Source: Escherichia phage ECBP1. From it: a DNA stretch of 64,000 nt. Below, piece after piece: positions 47,386 to 59,169 of this stretch (positions are counted from its first letter, which is position 1; each line of letters begins with the position of its first letter). The translations under genes and the position numbers were made by a program. The stretch is taken from sequence record NC_018854.1; one strand, given 5' to 3'. Below the pieces are notes generated by a model. The model did no database searches, had not been told where the DNA came from, and saw only the letters and a program-made list of their open reading frames with translations.

Positions 47386-49332
47386 TTATCGAGGTTGCAT
47401 ATAGGGAGGTAAACCCTCTGCTAATTTTCGATAACGTTTAGCTCGTTCTTCATCTTCACGACTACGTTCACGTTCTACTGAAGCATTAGAACGGAAGTTC
47501 TGTGGAACCAGATTTCCCTGGTCAGCTACCACAGTATTAACAGCAGCATCTAATGCAGCTCGTGCCCTTGCTAACTCAGCCTCACGAGCAGGGATAGTAG
47601 CAGCAAGCCCGCTTTGCCCAGCAGCTACACGACGACGAGTATCAGCAAGTAAGGCTTCTGCTTGTGTTACCTGGTTCTGAGCATTAGCAATATTACCCTG
47701 TACCTGGGTAAGAACATTATCACGAGCAGTAGCTTCAATGCCTTCCCCACGACGTACTGAACGTGCTAGTTCTCTGGCAACGGTATCATCAATACGAATA
47801 CCTCCACCACCTTCATTGGAGATGAACGGATTAAGTGCATCAAGTGCTCGACTAATCATACCTTCCGGTACGTTGGTAGTAGACTGCTTAAGAATCTCAG
47901 CAGCTACAGCAGGAGACTGCCCGGATTCTTGCATAACATCATTGAGTCGAGCAATCATCCATCCTTTTTCAGAACCTTTAAAAGCATCCTTAAGAAGACG
48001 GTCTGCTACTTCACCAATAGTAGAGTTGTCACGTAATGCACGAGCATAATTAGCAGTAATGGTTCCAGTGTTATCTTCAGACTGACGTGCAGCAACTGTA
48101 TTGCCTGCCATGTTTGAGACTACTTGCTGAGTCTGTAACTGATCAAGGGGTGCTCCTACTTCTGCCTGTGCAATTAACTGGCGTGCTTCACTCCACGGCA
48201 TATCCTTATAACCACCTACACCTAAGTCAGGCAATGCAGCCCAGGTCTTAGAAAGGTTACCATTCTTACGGTCATTGAAGATTGCTTCTGCTATTTTGTC
48301 CTGTACTTCAGGAGTCATTTGCTGATTACGCCAATCTGAACCAAGCACTTTAGGGGCATAGTCTTCCAGAGTAGCTTTATTAATCTGAAATGCACCTACA
48401 GGAGAATGACCTTGTGACGGGTTATTAATCATACTCTGTTGATGATTAGTAACCTCACCTAGTGTCATCTCAGTAATAGGCTTATCAGTAGCAGCAAAGG
48501 TATAGGTTGCATCATAAGGAGAACCAGAACGAGTACCAGCAGTTCCCGGAGCAGAGCCAGAAGGAGACGTAGCGTAAGTACCTGGGAATCTCTGGTTTAC
48601 ACCTCGCATGATTGCAGCACGTACACCTGGAGAAGCATTCTGCATAGCAGACTCTGCCAATGTAAGAGCATCCATAGGAGTGGAAGCACTACGGAAAATA
48701 TCCGTCAGTATACCGGATGCAGCTTGTGAATCAGCATCATTACGTTGAGCCACACCCAAATCAAAGCGGTTCTGTGCTTGGTTAATAGCCTGACCACCTT
48801 GCCCTTGAAGACGGCTCAGCATATCCAGTTGTTGGTCGGCAGGGAGTGCAGATAATGCATCACGGGTTTGGTCCAATGCAGTATTAATACGGTTCTGGTC
48901 ACCAGACTGATAAGCCTCAGACAATAAACGAATAGCTGGAGAAGCATTATCTAATGCAGAGTCAGTATTCTGTAAACGACCAAAACGATAAGCATTGTAG
49001 TCATTAATTCCCTGCTGACCTTGTTGAGTCAGAAGAGTACTTGCTCGCTCATCCAGATTCTGCAGGGTATGTTGGTTTACGAGTGAAGGGTCAACCCCCT
49101 GGAACAATGCACCGGATGCCAGAGCATTACGATACTCAGTAGGGTCTTGATACTGCATAGCATTCATCATGACGGCATTGCCAGCCTCCTGCTTGGCAGC
49201 GTTCTGGAAGTTACCCAGTGCATCACTTAAGCCGGAGGTGGCGTTACCAATCATGTTGCCAAATGTGCGAATGCTGTCACCAACTCCAGAGAAGTTAGGT
49301 GCATCAACATTACGCCATGTAATTTGAGCCAT
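47386..49332 (-). CDS. virion protein (N4 gp51-like by position)
   Basis: 648 aa directly upstream of the vRNAP in the late operon. Confidence 0.5.
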   Translation of the reverse strand: MAQITWRNVDAPNFSGVGDSIRTFGNMIGNATSGLSDALGNFQNAAKQEAGNAVMMNAMQYQDPTEYRNALASGALFQGVDPSLVNQHTLQNLDERASTLLTQQGQQGINDYNAYRFGRLQNTDSALDNASPAIRLLSEAYQSGDQNRINTALDQTRDALSALPADQQLDMLSRLQGQGGQAINQAQNRFDLGVAQRNDADSQAASGILTDIFRSASTPMDALTLAESAMQNASPGVRAAIMRGVNQRFPGTYATSPSGSAPGTAGTRSGSPYDATYTFAATDKPITEMTLGEVTNHQQSMINNPSQGHSPVGAFQINKATLEDYAPKVLGSDWRNQQMTPEVQDKIAEAIFNDRKNGNLSKTWAALPDLGVGGYKDMPWSEARQLIAQAEVGAPLDQLQTQQVVSNMAGNTVAARQSEDNTGTITANYARALRDNSTIGEVADRLLKDAFKGSEKGWMIARLNDVMQESGQSPAVAAEILKQSTTNVPEGMISRALDALNPFISNEGGGGIRIDDTVARELARSVRRGEGIEATARDNVLTQVQGNIANAQNQVTQAEALLADTRRRVAAGQSGLAATIPAREAELARARAALDAAVNTVVADQGNLVPQNFRSNASVERERSREDEERAKRYRKLAEGLPPYMQPR

Positions 49333-49344
49333 GATGGTTTCCTA

Positions 49345-49809
49345 TTAACGAGTTAGCTTATTAGCTGCAATGTAAGCATCAGCTGAAGACTGGTCACGGT
49401 TCTCTGCAACAGCACGACTACGAGCACGGTCTTCCAGTGCAGTGTTATAAGACTTAATCTGGTTGTTCAGGTTAGTGTTAGTAACACTCTTAGCAAAGTT
49501 CAACTGGTCTTTGGCTAACTTATTGGCCTGGAAACCACTATAGATACCAGCTAAGGAACCAAGTGCACCGAGTCCTAGTTGGAAGGTGGGTACATTCATA
49601 CCCAACTGATTAGCTGAACCAGACAAGAAGGAAGTAGGGGAGGCTACTCCTGTACCTGCATTCATACCAATAGCTGCACCCGGATTGTAGTTCATAGCTG
49701 GGGTATTAAAATTCTGATTGTTATTAGACATCCAAGACATAGCAGCTGGCTGTGGGGTTTGGTTGCCTGTTAAGAATGACAAATCCATAGGGATTCTCCT
49801 GTTAAACAA
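49345..49809 (-). CDS. small virion protein (N4 gp52-like by position and size)
   Basis: 154 aa; N/Q/G-rich. Confidence 0.45.
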   Translation of the reverse strand: MFNRRIPMDLSFLTGNQTPQPAAMSWMSNNNQNFNTPAMNYNPGAAIGMNAGTGVASPTSFLSGSANQLGMNVPTFQLGLGALGSLAGIYSGFQANKLAKDQLNFAKSVTNTNLNNQIKSYNTALEDRARSRAVAENRDQSSADAYIAANKLTR

Positions 49810-52456
49810 GGTCAGTATTAAGAGTCATATCAGAGTAGCTTCCAATCATGTTTAAAGACATGTCAGCTATATCCGAACCAGTCATGAGAGTACGTGAGAG
49901 GAAAGAATCCATCGACTCCATTGACACAAATTGCATAGGGTCAATTACACCCTGCCCAGCAGTACCAAACATCTCTTCATACTGCTTATTGATTGCCATC
50001 ATATCAGTATTGTACTGCTGCATTACTTTCTCTGCTTTCTGAATAGTAGCAGCCGTAGATGCATTAATATACTGGCTAATACCATTACCTACTGAACTGG
50101 TAAGCTGCATGATGTTCTGAGCATTCATCATTTCACTGGCTAAGGTAGATAAGGATGAACCAGTAGATAGAGCAGTACCAACATTCATAGCTACCATTGA
50201 AGCAACAGCAGTAATGATAAAACCTAGCTTATCACCAAAGAGTGAAGTGGATACTTTAGTGATAATAGATACCAGAATCATTGCAGCAATGGCGTTTGCT
50301 ACAGCACCTACTATTACAGCAGCTAATCCAACAAAACCGAGTGACGCCCCAACTGCTCCATATGCCCCAAGTATACCTGCACCACCAGTACCCATAGTGA
50401 ATACGGATACAACGACAGCAACCACAACAACCACAATCTTAAAGGCAGATGTTTGATACCACTTCTGCTTAACCTTCTTATATGAGTTCATCACTAAGTA
50501 GGAGCAGGCAGTGGATAGCTGAGTACTTCGAATCAGTGACATTGAACGATAGATGTTAGTATGTAGTGGAATAATGAACCCACTCTCCTCTGCATCACCC
50601 ATTGCTTCGGCAACATCAATATGCACTGACTTATTCTTATATACCCTGTTATTGTGATTTAGACCCAGTACTCTAAGTTTACGGTAAGTGTTATTACCAT
50701 CCTGCCAAAGCAGTTCATACTCCTGCATAGAATAGAATGTAGTGGTAACCTCTAACTTCTTAGCTGAACCGGAGTTACTAGCAGTTCGTATGTTCTTGCG
50801 AGTAAGAGTTATATCCCCTGCATACCTGGCTCGAAGTTGTCCTTGCTTAGCACCAGACCATGCTTGCCCTGAGTGGGTAGTTTCAGATACGTAATTCCAA
50901 CCAATGGTCATGTCATACTTGTAATGCTTATTACTATGTACCCTAAATTCTCTCTTAGGTATGACTGGGTATTCTGGCAGTGGTGGAGGAGTTCCAATAG
51001 TGTGCCCTTCAGTCCTATTCCACCATTCTACATATGCATCAACTGCATCATTAGCTGCCTGATAACCTGCAATCACTGCCTCCAAGGTTGGATAGGTTGG
51101 GTCAGGTGGGAATGCTTCAGTAGCCATCTGAAAGAAACGGTAGATGTATTCCTTAGCAGTATCTTCAGGAGTATTAAGAGATACGCCAAATGTGCCATAA
51201 ATGTACTGAATATCACCTATATCATCATTCTTCTTAAGCTCTGTTACTACCTTATCAATTTTTCCACCGGTAGCTTTATAAAGAGCTTTCTTACAGTATG
51301 GATAGATTGGGTCATTCTCTACCCATTGTTTATCGTTCCTGATTGGAATAAATGGATAGAATCGATTATCGGTAGCCTCAGTATCGAACAGTGAGTCTAG
51401 TGCAACGTTACCAGAGTTCTGCTTATAGATAAGCATCTTAGGTGTACCAACAGCAGTCATCTCTGTATCTGTACGAGTAGTCTGGGAGGAATACTTACGA
51501 ACCAGTGTCTCTGTGGTTGTAGTAATTGTATCAGTACGAGTAACACCACCACCTATATCAACTACGTTGGTAGTTACAGTAGTGCTGGATTGAATCTCAC
51601 CAAACTTTTTATGAGTCATTACCCTGTCAGATACAACTACAGTTACATCATCGGGTTTCTCAGTGAATCCTTTACGGTAAACCTTAACGTAAGAGTTCCA
51701 GTTATCCACACTTGGTTCAGTGACAGTATTGTCTTCATCTGGTCTACCATCAGAGTAAACAGAGTGAGTATGTATGGTCTTAGTAAGGTTAGTTGTATTA
51801 GCTGTTGTATCACTTGATATGGTAGTCCATAGCAAAGTGGAAGGTAAGTCACCCTCACTATCATAGACAGTAGTCGGTCCTACTACCGGTGGATTGGTAG
51901 AGGGAGATTTATAGAAAGAGTAATCAGCATAGAGATACAAAGCACCTGGTTCAAAGTTAGTAGGTGTGAATTTAATAGTAGAACCACCATCCAGGGAGGT
52001 CATAGTAATTTCATTAGTATCTTCATTGATGTCTATGTCGAATCGTTCCATGATTCGACTAGGAGCATTTTCATAAAGATATTGGGCACACCATTGCTCA
52101 AAGTCAGCAAAGCCAATTTCTGCTGCCTGAACATAGACAGACTCTCCAGCAGGTGGTGTAATTTGACCCTCTATAACAGTAGGGTCAATCTTAGCCAATA
52201 CACCCAACGAAGAACCAGCCATACCAACTTCTGAATCATAGTGGTTCTTACTCCAGCTGGAGAACAATCGCATACGAATACCAGGTCCATTCAGATAACT
52301 ATCAGAGATAGTGTCTGCCATAGTGAATCCTGTATTGGAAACAATGTTACCGATGACTACAGTCTTCATATAGTTAGGACGTTTGTGTATATCCCCTGCC
52401 ATGTTATAGACAGAGGATGCTACGTATACTTTAGTCTTCCCACTGAATAAGCCCAT
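49802..52456 (-). CDS. large virion protein with C-terminal Gly/Ala/Val-rich hydrophobic region
   Basis: 884 aa; VVVVVAVVVSVFTMGTGGAGILGAYGAVGASLGFVGLAAVIVGAVANAIAAMILVSIITK. Confidence 0.5.
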   Translation of the reverse strand: MGLFSGKTKVYVASSVYNMAGDIHKRPNYMKTVVIGNIVSNTGFTMADTISDSYLNGPGIRMRLFSSWSKNHYDSEVGMAGSSLGVLAKIDPTVIEGQITPPAGESVYVQAAEIGFADFEQWCAQYLYENAPSRIMERFDIDINEDTNEITMTSLDGGSTIKFTPTNFEPGALYLYADYSFYKSPSTNPPVVGPTTVYDSEGDLPSTLLWTTISSDTTANTTNLTKTIHTHSVYSDGRPDEDNTVTEPSVDNWNSYVKVYRKGFTEKPDDVTVVVSDRVMTHKKFGEIQSSTTVTTNVVDIGGGVTRTDTITTTTETLVRKYSSQTTRTDTEMTAVGTPKMLIYKQNSGNVALDSLFDTEATDNRFYPFIPIRNDKQWVENDPIYPYCKKALYKATGGKIDKVVTELKKNDDIGDIQYIYGTFGVSLNTPEDTAKEYIYRFFQMATEAFPPDPTYPTLEAVIAGYQAANDAVDAYVEWWNRTEGHTIGTPPPLPEYPVIPKREFRVHSNKHYKYDMTIGWNYVSETTHSGQAWSGAKQGQLRARYAGDITLTRKNIRTASNSGSAKKLEVTTTFYSMQEYELLWQDGNNTYRKLRVLGLNHNNRVYKNKSVHIDVAEAMGDAEESGFIIPLHTNIYRSMSLIRSTQLSTACSYLVMNSYKKVKQKWYQTSAFKIVVVVVAVVVSVFTMGTGGAGILGAYGAVGASLGFVGLAAVIVGAVANAIAAMILVSIITKVSTSLFGDKLGFIITAVASMVAMNVGTALSTGSSLSTLASEMMNAQNIMQLTSSVGNGISQYINASTAATIQKAEKVMQQYNTDMMAINKQYEEMFGTAGQGVIDPMQFVSMESMDSFLSRTLMTGSDIADMSLNMIGSYSDMTLNTDLV

Positions 52457-52457
52457 A

Positions 52458-53300
52458 TTAGTTCAGCCCGTTGTTAGTCTTCAGCTTGGTCAAAATGGTA
52501 TCAATACTTGCGTTAGTGAAACCATTAGGAGGATTCAAGCCTTCATCAATAGTCTTCTGTGTAATCCATGCATCAGTAAACAACTTAGATGCTTTGACTT
52601 CTGCATCACGTTGGTAAGAAGTAATCTGTTGAGAGTACAACTCTTTCTGTTTACCTACAGAACCAGTAACAGTAGCACCATCACTACGAGTATCCAGTGT
52701 CTGTGCACGTTGTGCTTCTGTCTGCTCAGTAAGCAATTTAAGCTGTTGAGGTAACATCTGATTAGCATTAAACAATGCAGCACAATACGTCTCAGACTCA
52801 GTAGCAATCTTCATCTTAGTAAGAGCGTATTCACTCTTAGCAGACAATGCCTGAATCTTAGCCAGTACAAACTGAGCCTTAGAAGTAGCCAGTTGAACAC
52901 GAGCAGTAACTGCCTGAATCTGTGCCATAGCAGCAGCCCAGTATGCCTGGTCACGTCCAAGTAAGAACTGAACAGCATTACTCATGCATGATTCCATCAT
53001 AGCAATGTATGCTTTGGTATATTCACCACCAGTAATACGGTTAGCTTTAAACTCAGCTTTAAGGTGATTGTGAGCAGATTCCATTAATGCATCAAACGTA
53101 CCACTGCCTCCTACTTCACGGGTAGTAAGAGATTCATTGGTTATTTTAGTAATAGCCCCAAAGATTGGAGAATCATCTCCACCAGGGATATCCCATTCAG
53201 GACCAGACATATCAATATCAGGAAGGGTAAAGTCATCACCCTTAGTTAACTCTTCTAGGAGTCGGTTAGCTTCTACCTCAGCAGAACAAGACATAATCAT
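52458..53300 (-). CDS. virion structural protein
   Basis: 280 aa in the late operon. Confidence 0.45.
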   Translation of the reverse strand: MIMSCSAEVEANRLLEELTKGDDFTLPDIDMSGPEWDIPGGDDSPIFGAITKITNESLTTREVGGSGTFDALMESAHNHLKAEFKANRITGGEYTKAYIAMMESCMSNAVQFLLGRDQAYWAAAMAQIQAVTARVQLATSKAQFVLAKIQALSAKSEYALTKMKIATESETYCAALFNANQMLPQQLKLLTEQTEAQRAQTLDTRSDGATVTGSVGKQKELYSQQITSYQRDAEVKASKLFTDAWITQKTIDEGLNPPNGFTNASIDTILTKLKTNNGLN

Positions 53301-53370
53301 TCCTCTTGGTTCAAAAAGAAACGGCCCACGGAGTTACCCCAGTGAGCCGTGTTGAACTGTAGCTTATACG

Positions 53371-54012
53371 TTAATCGTTAAGGCTACCAGCAGCAATCTG
53401 TGCTTGAGCCAGCTGAGCCAATTCAGCTTCAGTCAACGGAGGCAGTACTTCAATGGAGAACTCACGTGCTTCTGTTGCACGAATGTCCGGTAAGCCATTC
53501 TTACCTTTACGAGTAGTAATGTTAATGAACTTACGTTCTTTAAGGAACTCGTAGATACAGTACGGAATATGATAACCATTGTCGGTTACTTCACCGAACG
53601 GAACAAACTTACGTACAGTACCCATATATTCGTTAGCTACGGTGATAATTTCACCCGGCAGGTCTTTCTTCTTAGGGTCAAGGTTCTGGATACGTACACG
53701 AATCAGTCGAGTCTGTTCTGCACGAATCTTCTGACCCAGGGTCATCTTCTTAACACCAGCTTCCTGCTTAGCACCCAATGGGTTAACAGCAGCTTCTTCT
53801 ACTACTGGTTCATCTTTTACTTGTGCAGCTTCAATCTTCTCACGAAGCTTTTCAACGGAAATGTTGTTAGAGAACTTAATATTCATCAACGTTGCACGTT
53901 GCTTAAGAACTTCAAGTTCGCTAGGCATTGCAATATCGTTAACGGTATCTTCGTTGCCCTGTACGTTCACTTCTACGTCAGTGGTCGGTTTATCGTTAAT
54001 GCTCATGTTCAT
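53371..54012 (-). CDS. virion structural protein
   Basis: 213 aa immediately downstream of the capsid gene on the minus strand. Confidence 0.45.
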   Translation of the reverse strand: MNMSINDKPTTDVEVNVQGNEDTVNDIAMPSELEVLKQRATLMNIKFSNNISVEKLREKIEAAQVKDEPVVEEAAVNPLGAKQEAGVKKMTLGQKIRAEQTRLIRVRIQNLDPKKKDLPGEIITVANEYMGTVRKFVPFGEVTDNGYHIPYCIYEFLKERKFINITTRKGKNGLPDIRATEAREFSIEVLPPLTEAELAQLAQAQIAAGSLND

Positions 54013-54079
54013 ATTTCCTGTGGTTCATTTAGTTTTATTAAGAGGGGGACTTATGTCCCCCTTGTTTTATTTCGGACTA

Positions 54080-55282
54080 TTACAGAGGAGCAACAGTCTT
54101 AATCAGAGCCAGACGTTCTGGACGTTTAACCAGGATACCATAGTACCACTTGATAGAACTGAAGCCAGTTTCGCCATACGGGTCATTACGGTCAGCAGTT
54201 TCTTTACCCGGCATCTTAGTCATGATGGTGAACTTAACAGACTTACCATCAGTCTGGAAGCCAATGGTAGAGAAGGAGTCATCACCAACTACCAGCATCG
54301 GGAATACGTCGTAGTGTTCCTGACCAGATACCATAGAGGTACGGTAACCCGGGTTAGTAGTAACCTGAGCACCAGCACCTGCCCAATGCAGCATCTCTGG
54401 AACCTGGATGATACGGAACTTATCAATACAACCAATTTCACCATTCATCAGAGTACCAGCATCAGCATAGTGCTGAACTTCGATGAATGCTTTATTACCA
54501 AACAGGTCTTTCATCGCTTTCAGTTCTGGAACCAGTTCAGAACCAACGTACATTACACGAGTACCACCGAGTACTTTGGTATCTGTCAGTTTAGAACCAG
54601 TGATGATAGTAGTCTGGGTCGGGGTACGGTTCTCAGTAAGAATCTGGTCAAGACGCATCAGGTTCTTATAAGAAACTACAGACGGGGTAGAACCTTCACC
54701 AGTAATGGTAGCATCAGAGACGGCAGCACCTGCATACAGTACAGTACCAGCAGCAGCCAGCAGGTCTTTCTGGAGAACAGCTTCAGTCAACTGTACAGCA
54801 CCGTTCATCAGTTCACGAGACAGGTGTTCTTTCAGTTGGTCATCAGAATCAAAGTCCAGGGACTCTTGAGTAAATTCGTAGAAGAAGCCGAATTTATGAA
54901 TAGAGCCTTCACGAGCCAGACGAGTAAAGCCTACACGGTTAACACGACCACCATTCTCTGACAGCAGAGGCAGTTTAGAAGTGATGTTACCAACGTCTTT
55001 GGAAGAGCCATAAAGGTTACCGTTAACGATGGTAGCACCATTAGCATCAATACCCTGGTCGTTAATGTTCTTATCGTCGAGCAAAGGAACATACTCGTAC
55101 ACCTTAACAGTCTTACCGTAGTTCTTCGGCATGTTAACGGTGTTAGCCAGAGGCATAAAATACTGGTCTTTACGAGACTGAATAATAGCCTTCTTCAGCC
55201 AGTAATAGGTATTCATCTGGTCGGAACCAGCACCATCAATGCTAGATTTCTGACCGTCAATTGGAGCGTTATAGTTTAACAT
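54080..55282 (-). CDS. major capsid protein (by size and synteny)
   Basis: 400 aa, matching N4 major capsid size as recalled; follows an acidic scaffold-like gene. Confidence 0.6.
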   Translation of the reverse strand: MLNYNAPIDGQKSSIDGAGSDQMNTYYWLKKAIIQSRKDQYFMPLANTVNMPKNYGKTVKVYEYVPLLDDKNINDQGIDANGATIVNGNLYGSSKDVGNITSKLPLLSENGGRVNRVGFTRLAREGSIHKFGFFYEFTQESLDFDSDDQLKEHLSRELMNGAVQLTEAVLQKDLLAAAGTVLYAGAAVSDATITGEGSTPSVVSYKNLMRLDQILTENRTPTQTTIITGSKLTDTKVLGGTRVMYVGSELVPELKAMKDLFGNKAFIEVQHYADAGTLMNGEIGCIDKFRIIQVPEMLHWAGAGAQVTTNPGYRTSMVSGQEHYDVFPMLVVGDDSFSTIGFQTDGKSVKFTIMTKMPGKETADRNDPYGETGFSSIKWYYGILVKRPERLALIKTVAPL

Positions 55283-55298
55283 ATCATCTCATTCCTGT

Positions 55299-56519
55299 TT
55301 AAAGACTACCCGGTACTGGGAGTTTAGCGAAATCTTCATCACTCATAGCGAGTGGGTTTACAATAGGCGTTGCTTTACGTGTAGCAGCCCGATTAAGGGA
55401 AGCTGCTTTAGCTTGCTCACTGTTAGCCAGAGTCTGCTTAGGTTGTGCTACACGCACTACCGGCTGAACTGCTGGTTTAACTGCTTGTACTGGTTCAGGC
55501 TTAGACACTTGGTTAAATGCTCCCTGCTGTGCAAGAAGGTTACCAACGTAGTTATAAGCCTGAATAAACGGAGTACCTACCGGAATCTGACCTAACACCT
55601 GAAGACGATTCACTTCATTAGCAATGGTGTCATAAATACCATTCTCACGCTGTTCGTGAATGGTGTGGAGTAAGCCACGATTCTGATAAAGAGCATCTTT
55701 ACTGGCAGCATCCCATGTCGAGCTAATAACACCTAATGTAGCTTGTCCTTCTTGAGTAGACTTTAAGTCGTCAATTTCGGTTGCAAAATCTGCTTCGGTG
55801 TCTGTAACACGGTGTTTGCCACCCTGGTAGTTAATTTCCTCTTCCGGATTAAAGTCCAGAGGATCTGTACCAGAGTCTTTCAACAACTTTTTAATGGCTT
55901 CAGGATTCTTCTTATCCAGGTCAATCAGGAAAGAAAGTTTTTCCTCATCCATTAAACCGTTGTTCTGTAACATCAGCATTACCTTACGGTACGGCTGAAG
56001 TTCTTGCATCTTACGAGTATAGTTAGCACCCATCTGCATCAGGCTAATGGCCTCCTCCGGTGAACGGGGAGTAATCATTTTGCCGTTAGCTTTAAAAGGA
56101 GCCATCAACTTCTCATAACCTTCCTTATAGTTGAAGTCAGCAGGCAGACCTTCAGACTGTTTGCCTTCTTCTTTCTGTTCCTGGCCTGGTTCAGCAGTAG
56201 AAGGTTCAGCTTCAGTAATCGGCTTACCGTTACTATCAACTTCTGTGTCAACAACTTTATCATCAACTTTATCAGAAGTTAAAGAATTTGCTGAATCATC
56301 TTCATCTGCGTCAGTTTCGGGGGAGGTTTCTTCGGTTGGTAGGTCTTCAACAGCAGGGGTGTCAATTTCTTCATCAGGAGTCTGTACGCCATTGGTTTCT
56401 GGGTTGTTCTGAGTGGAAGTATCTTCCTCAGCAATAATAGCTGGGGCTTCCATATTCAGAATCTCATCATCCGACATTGCGAGAATGTCGGAAGCTGTGG
56501 TTGCAGCTTCCGTAGTCAT
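55299..56519 (-). CDS. acidic scaffold-like/assembly protein
   Basis: 406 aa with highly acidic N-terminal third; between portal and capsid. Confidence 0.45.
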   Translation of the reverse strand: MTTEAATTASDILAMSDDEILNMEAPAIIAEEDTSTQNNPETNGVQTPDEEIDTPAVEDLPTEETSPETDADEDDSANSLTSDKVDDKVVDTEVDSNGKPITEAEPSTAEPGQEQKEEGKQSEGLPADFNYKEGYEKLMAPFKANGKMITPRSPEEAISLMQMGANYTRKMQELQPYRKVMLMLQNNGLMDEEKLSFLIDLDKKNPEAIKKLLKDSGTDPLDFNPEEEINYQGGKHRVTDTEADFATEIDDLKSTQEGQATLGVISSTWDAASKDALYQNRGLLHTIHEQRENGIYDTIANEVNRLQVLGQIPVGTPFIQAYNYVGNLLAQQGAFNQVSKPEPVQAVKPAVQPVVRVAQPKQTLANSEQAKAASLNRAATRKATPIVNPLAMSDEDFAKLPVPGSL

Positions 56520-56538
56520 AGGAAATATCTCCGGTTAA

Positions 56539-56883
56539 TTATTCGTCTTCGGGTTCAGCACGAACTGCATCGAGTTCTTCTTCTACCTGAAGAATAACGT
56601 CAGCTTCATTTTCACCCATACGAATGGCGAGGTCGAGCCAACGACGTAAGTGACCAGCAGCTTGAGCCATGTTAAGTGCATCTGCACGGTTATTCGGTTC
56701 AAGCAGTGGGTCACCAGACTCCTGCACGTAACGTGCACAATCTTCTACACAGAACTGTCGAAGGATTACTTTACGGAACAGTGGATTCTCCAGAAGTTTA
56801 CGTACATCCTCTGCGTGTGCAACTGCACCTTTAGCAGCTTCCAGTCGATGTTCCAGTCCTGCGATTGTTGATTCTTTACTCAT
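56539..56883 (-). CDS. hypothetical virion assembly protein
   Basis: 114 aa between portal and scaffold-like genes. Confidence 0.4.
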   Translation of the reverse strand: MSKESTIAGLEHRLEAAKGAVAHAEDVRKLLENPLFRKVILRQFCVEDCARYVQESGDPLLEPNNRADALNMAQAAGHLRRWLDLAIRMGENEADVILQVEEELDAVRAEPEDE

Positions 56884-56896
56884 GTGAAGGTCTGCC

Positions 56897-59167
56897 TTAT
56901 AAGTTCATACCAAGAGCCGATGCTGGGTCTTGGCTAGGGTCATAAAATTGGGAACTAAGAGAATAAGTCGGGTCTTGCTGTGCAGCTAAGTCACGTTCCT
57001 GTAAAGAGTTCCCGTTAGTCAAAGCGTTATATCCGACAGCAGCAGATATGTTGGGGGTAGTTTCACCTTCTTTAGTAGGTGTTGTCAACGCCTTAGTTAT
57101 TTGAAGGTTCTGGTTTCCTTGAGATTGTGCTTTTTGTTTTTCCATATCACGAGCATGTTTAGTACCAGATTCCTGTTCCAGATAATCCAGGTCTTTAAGG
57201 TCACCACTAGAAATAGCTTCTTTAGCCTTAGCATTATTGAGTGCAATCTTACTTTTCAACTCTTCATTCTCAAGCTGTGCTTTTTGAATTGCCAATTGCT
57301 TAAGCTGTTCTTCCATAGGGTCTGGTTGTGGTCGCCAGGTACGTAATTCATGAGCAAGGTCTGGCATACGCTTAAGTTCTGCAATTTTAGCTACGAGAGA
57401 TAATGTAATAGTCTGGTCAACTGTATTACCTAACGTTTGAACCATGAAGCTCAAGTCCTGAGATTTCTGGTTATCAATTTCAGCAGTATTAATATCAACC
57501 TCAATATCGAAATTACCTTTAAGGTCTTCACGGTTAATTTCTACGTACTGTTCATTGGTAATACGTACTACTTCCTTCTCAGATAAGAATACGGCATTCA
57601 TTGCACAAATCTTAGTACCAATGTCTGCCATACCCTTAGCTAATCGACGAAGGATTGCCATCTCACGTTTGGATGCTGCATCGAGTGCACCACGAATACC
57701 AGCAGCCACATCTCCATAAGCTGCACCAGTTACACCTCCAGAGAATGCTTTAACACCAGTTAGTGCTTCTGCTTCCTGGTTCTGCATCTGAGTCATAACT
57801 ATTGCCGACTGAGGTAACTCAGGGAACTTATGTTCCATAATGGCCTGACTAGGGTTGCCCTGCATTGGGTTATACTCATAGTCTTGTCCGTCATCATATC
57901 GACGTCGGTTCAGAGTATCTAACATCCCTTTAGGATAACCACGCTGCCCGTTTGCACTTCGACCTAACAGGTCAATCATCCCACGCATAGTTGCACCAAG
58001 AATTGCTTGGTTATCTCCTAACAATTCTGCATCTGCTTCACCGTAGAGTTCACGTTTACGTGGCATGTATGGAACAACTACCAAAGGTAACTTACCATCA
58101 GGGAATGGGTTCTTCTCCATACGAATAAGAGTAGAACCAATCCAGGTAGCAACAATCGGTTCCAGTGAACCATCATCATTAATGTCGTAAAATCCCCAGT
58201 ATTCATAAGCGACTACTTTCTTACGTAGTGCATCTTTAAACTGGAAGTCACCAGGAGTTTTACTTTCATGGTCTGGGTCAGTCATAGGACTGGAACTTTC
58301 CCAGTCAATCTTATCCAAATTGTGATAACGGTCTTTGTTCTTCATGAGGTCTGCTTTGCACGTCTCAAACGAGATAACTGCATACAGAGCCTTGTCCAAA
58401 TCACCATTACAACTCGGGTCAATAACTACGTTATTAGGATTAAGCATTTCAACAGTAGGTCTGTTAACCAGTGCCTTCTCTACCTCTACCTCAGTAACTC
58501 CAGTCTGGATTGCATAAGTAGCTTCTCCAGTTTCATTGAAGTAGTTAACAGCTTCCTTAATATCTTCCGGCATTGTTTCGTCATACTCACGGGGATTTTC
58601 TGCCTGAAGCTGTAAAGCCTGCTGAAGAATATCTGCTTGTTCCTGGTTCTCAATTGGATACAACTGGAAGACTGGTGTTTCTGTTTTAATCTTAACGGTC
58701 TTACGTTCCCAACCAATACGGGCAATACCAGTACCATCATCTACGACACTATGTACGTAATCATCCACCAGTTTTACTTTATTAAGCTGGGTACGGAATT
58801 GGTAGTTAAGAACTAATTCATTCTGTCGTGCAGCTAACTCATCCTCAAAAGTAACAGGGGTTACCTTAAAGAGTTTATTAGATGAGAGAAATGGTTCAGA
58901 TAATGGTGCATAACGCCACTCTGCCTGACGGCGAACCAGTCTAGGTTGGACTTGTGAGCGTCCTTTAACCTTTGGGGGTTTAGCCTTGCCTTTGACTTCC
59001 ATCAAGTCATTCCACTCACGAATCTGAGCCATGATTGCATCGTGAGCAGGTTTAGCTGATTCCAAATCACCCTTCAGTAATTGGATACTTGGTTCCTTCT
59101 TCCAGTCCGTTAACTTCTCTGATTGAGCCGGGTCTGGTAAAGGCTTAAAAGTGTCTTGGTGTTCCAT
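56897..59167 (-). CDS. portal protein (by size and synteny)
   Basis: 756 aa; sits between the lysis cassette and the capsid module. Confidence 0.6.
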   Translation of the reverse strand: MEHQDTFKPLPDPAQSEKLTDWKKEPSIQLLKGDLESAKPAHDAIMAQIREWNDLMEVKGKAKPPKVKGRSQVQPRLVRRQAEWRYAPLSEPFLSSNKLFKVTPVTFEDELAARQNELVLNYQFRTQLNKVKLVDDYVHSVVDDGTGIARIGWERKTVKIKTETPVFQLYPIENQEQADILQQALQLQAENPREYDETMPEDIKEAVNYFNETGEATYAIQTGVTEVEVEKALVNRPTVEMLNPNNVVIDPSCNGDLDKALYAVISFETCKADLMKNKDRYHNLDKIDWESSSPMTDPDHESKTPGDFQFKDALRKKVVAYEYWGFYDINDDGSLEPIVATWIGSTLIRMEKNPFPDGKLPLVVVPYMPRKRELYGEADAELLGDNQAILGATMRGMIDLLGRSANGQRGYPKGMLDTLNRRRYDDGQDYEYNPMQGNPSQAIMEHKFPELPQSAIVMTQMQNQEAEALTGVKAFSGGVTGAAYGDVAAGIRGALDAASKREMAILRRLAKGMADIGTKICAMNAVFLSEKEVVRITNEQYVEINREDLKGNFDIEVDINTAEIDNQKSQDLSFMVQTLGNTVDQTITLSLVAKIAELKRMPDLAHELRTWRPQPDPMEEQLKQLAIQKAQLENEELKSKIALNNAKAKEAISSGDLKDLDYLEQESGTKHARDMEKQKAQSQGNQNLQITKALTTPTKEGETTPNISAAVGYNALTNGNSLQERDLAAQQDPTYSLSSQFYDPSQDPASALGMNL

Positions 59168-59169
59168 AG

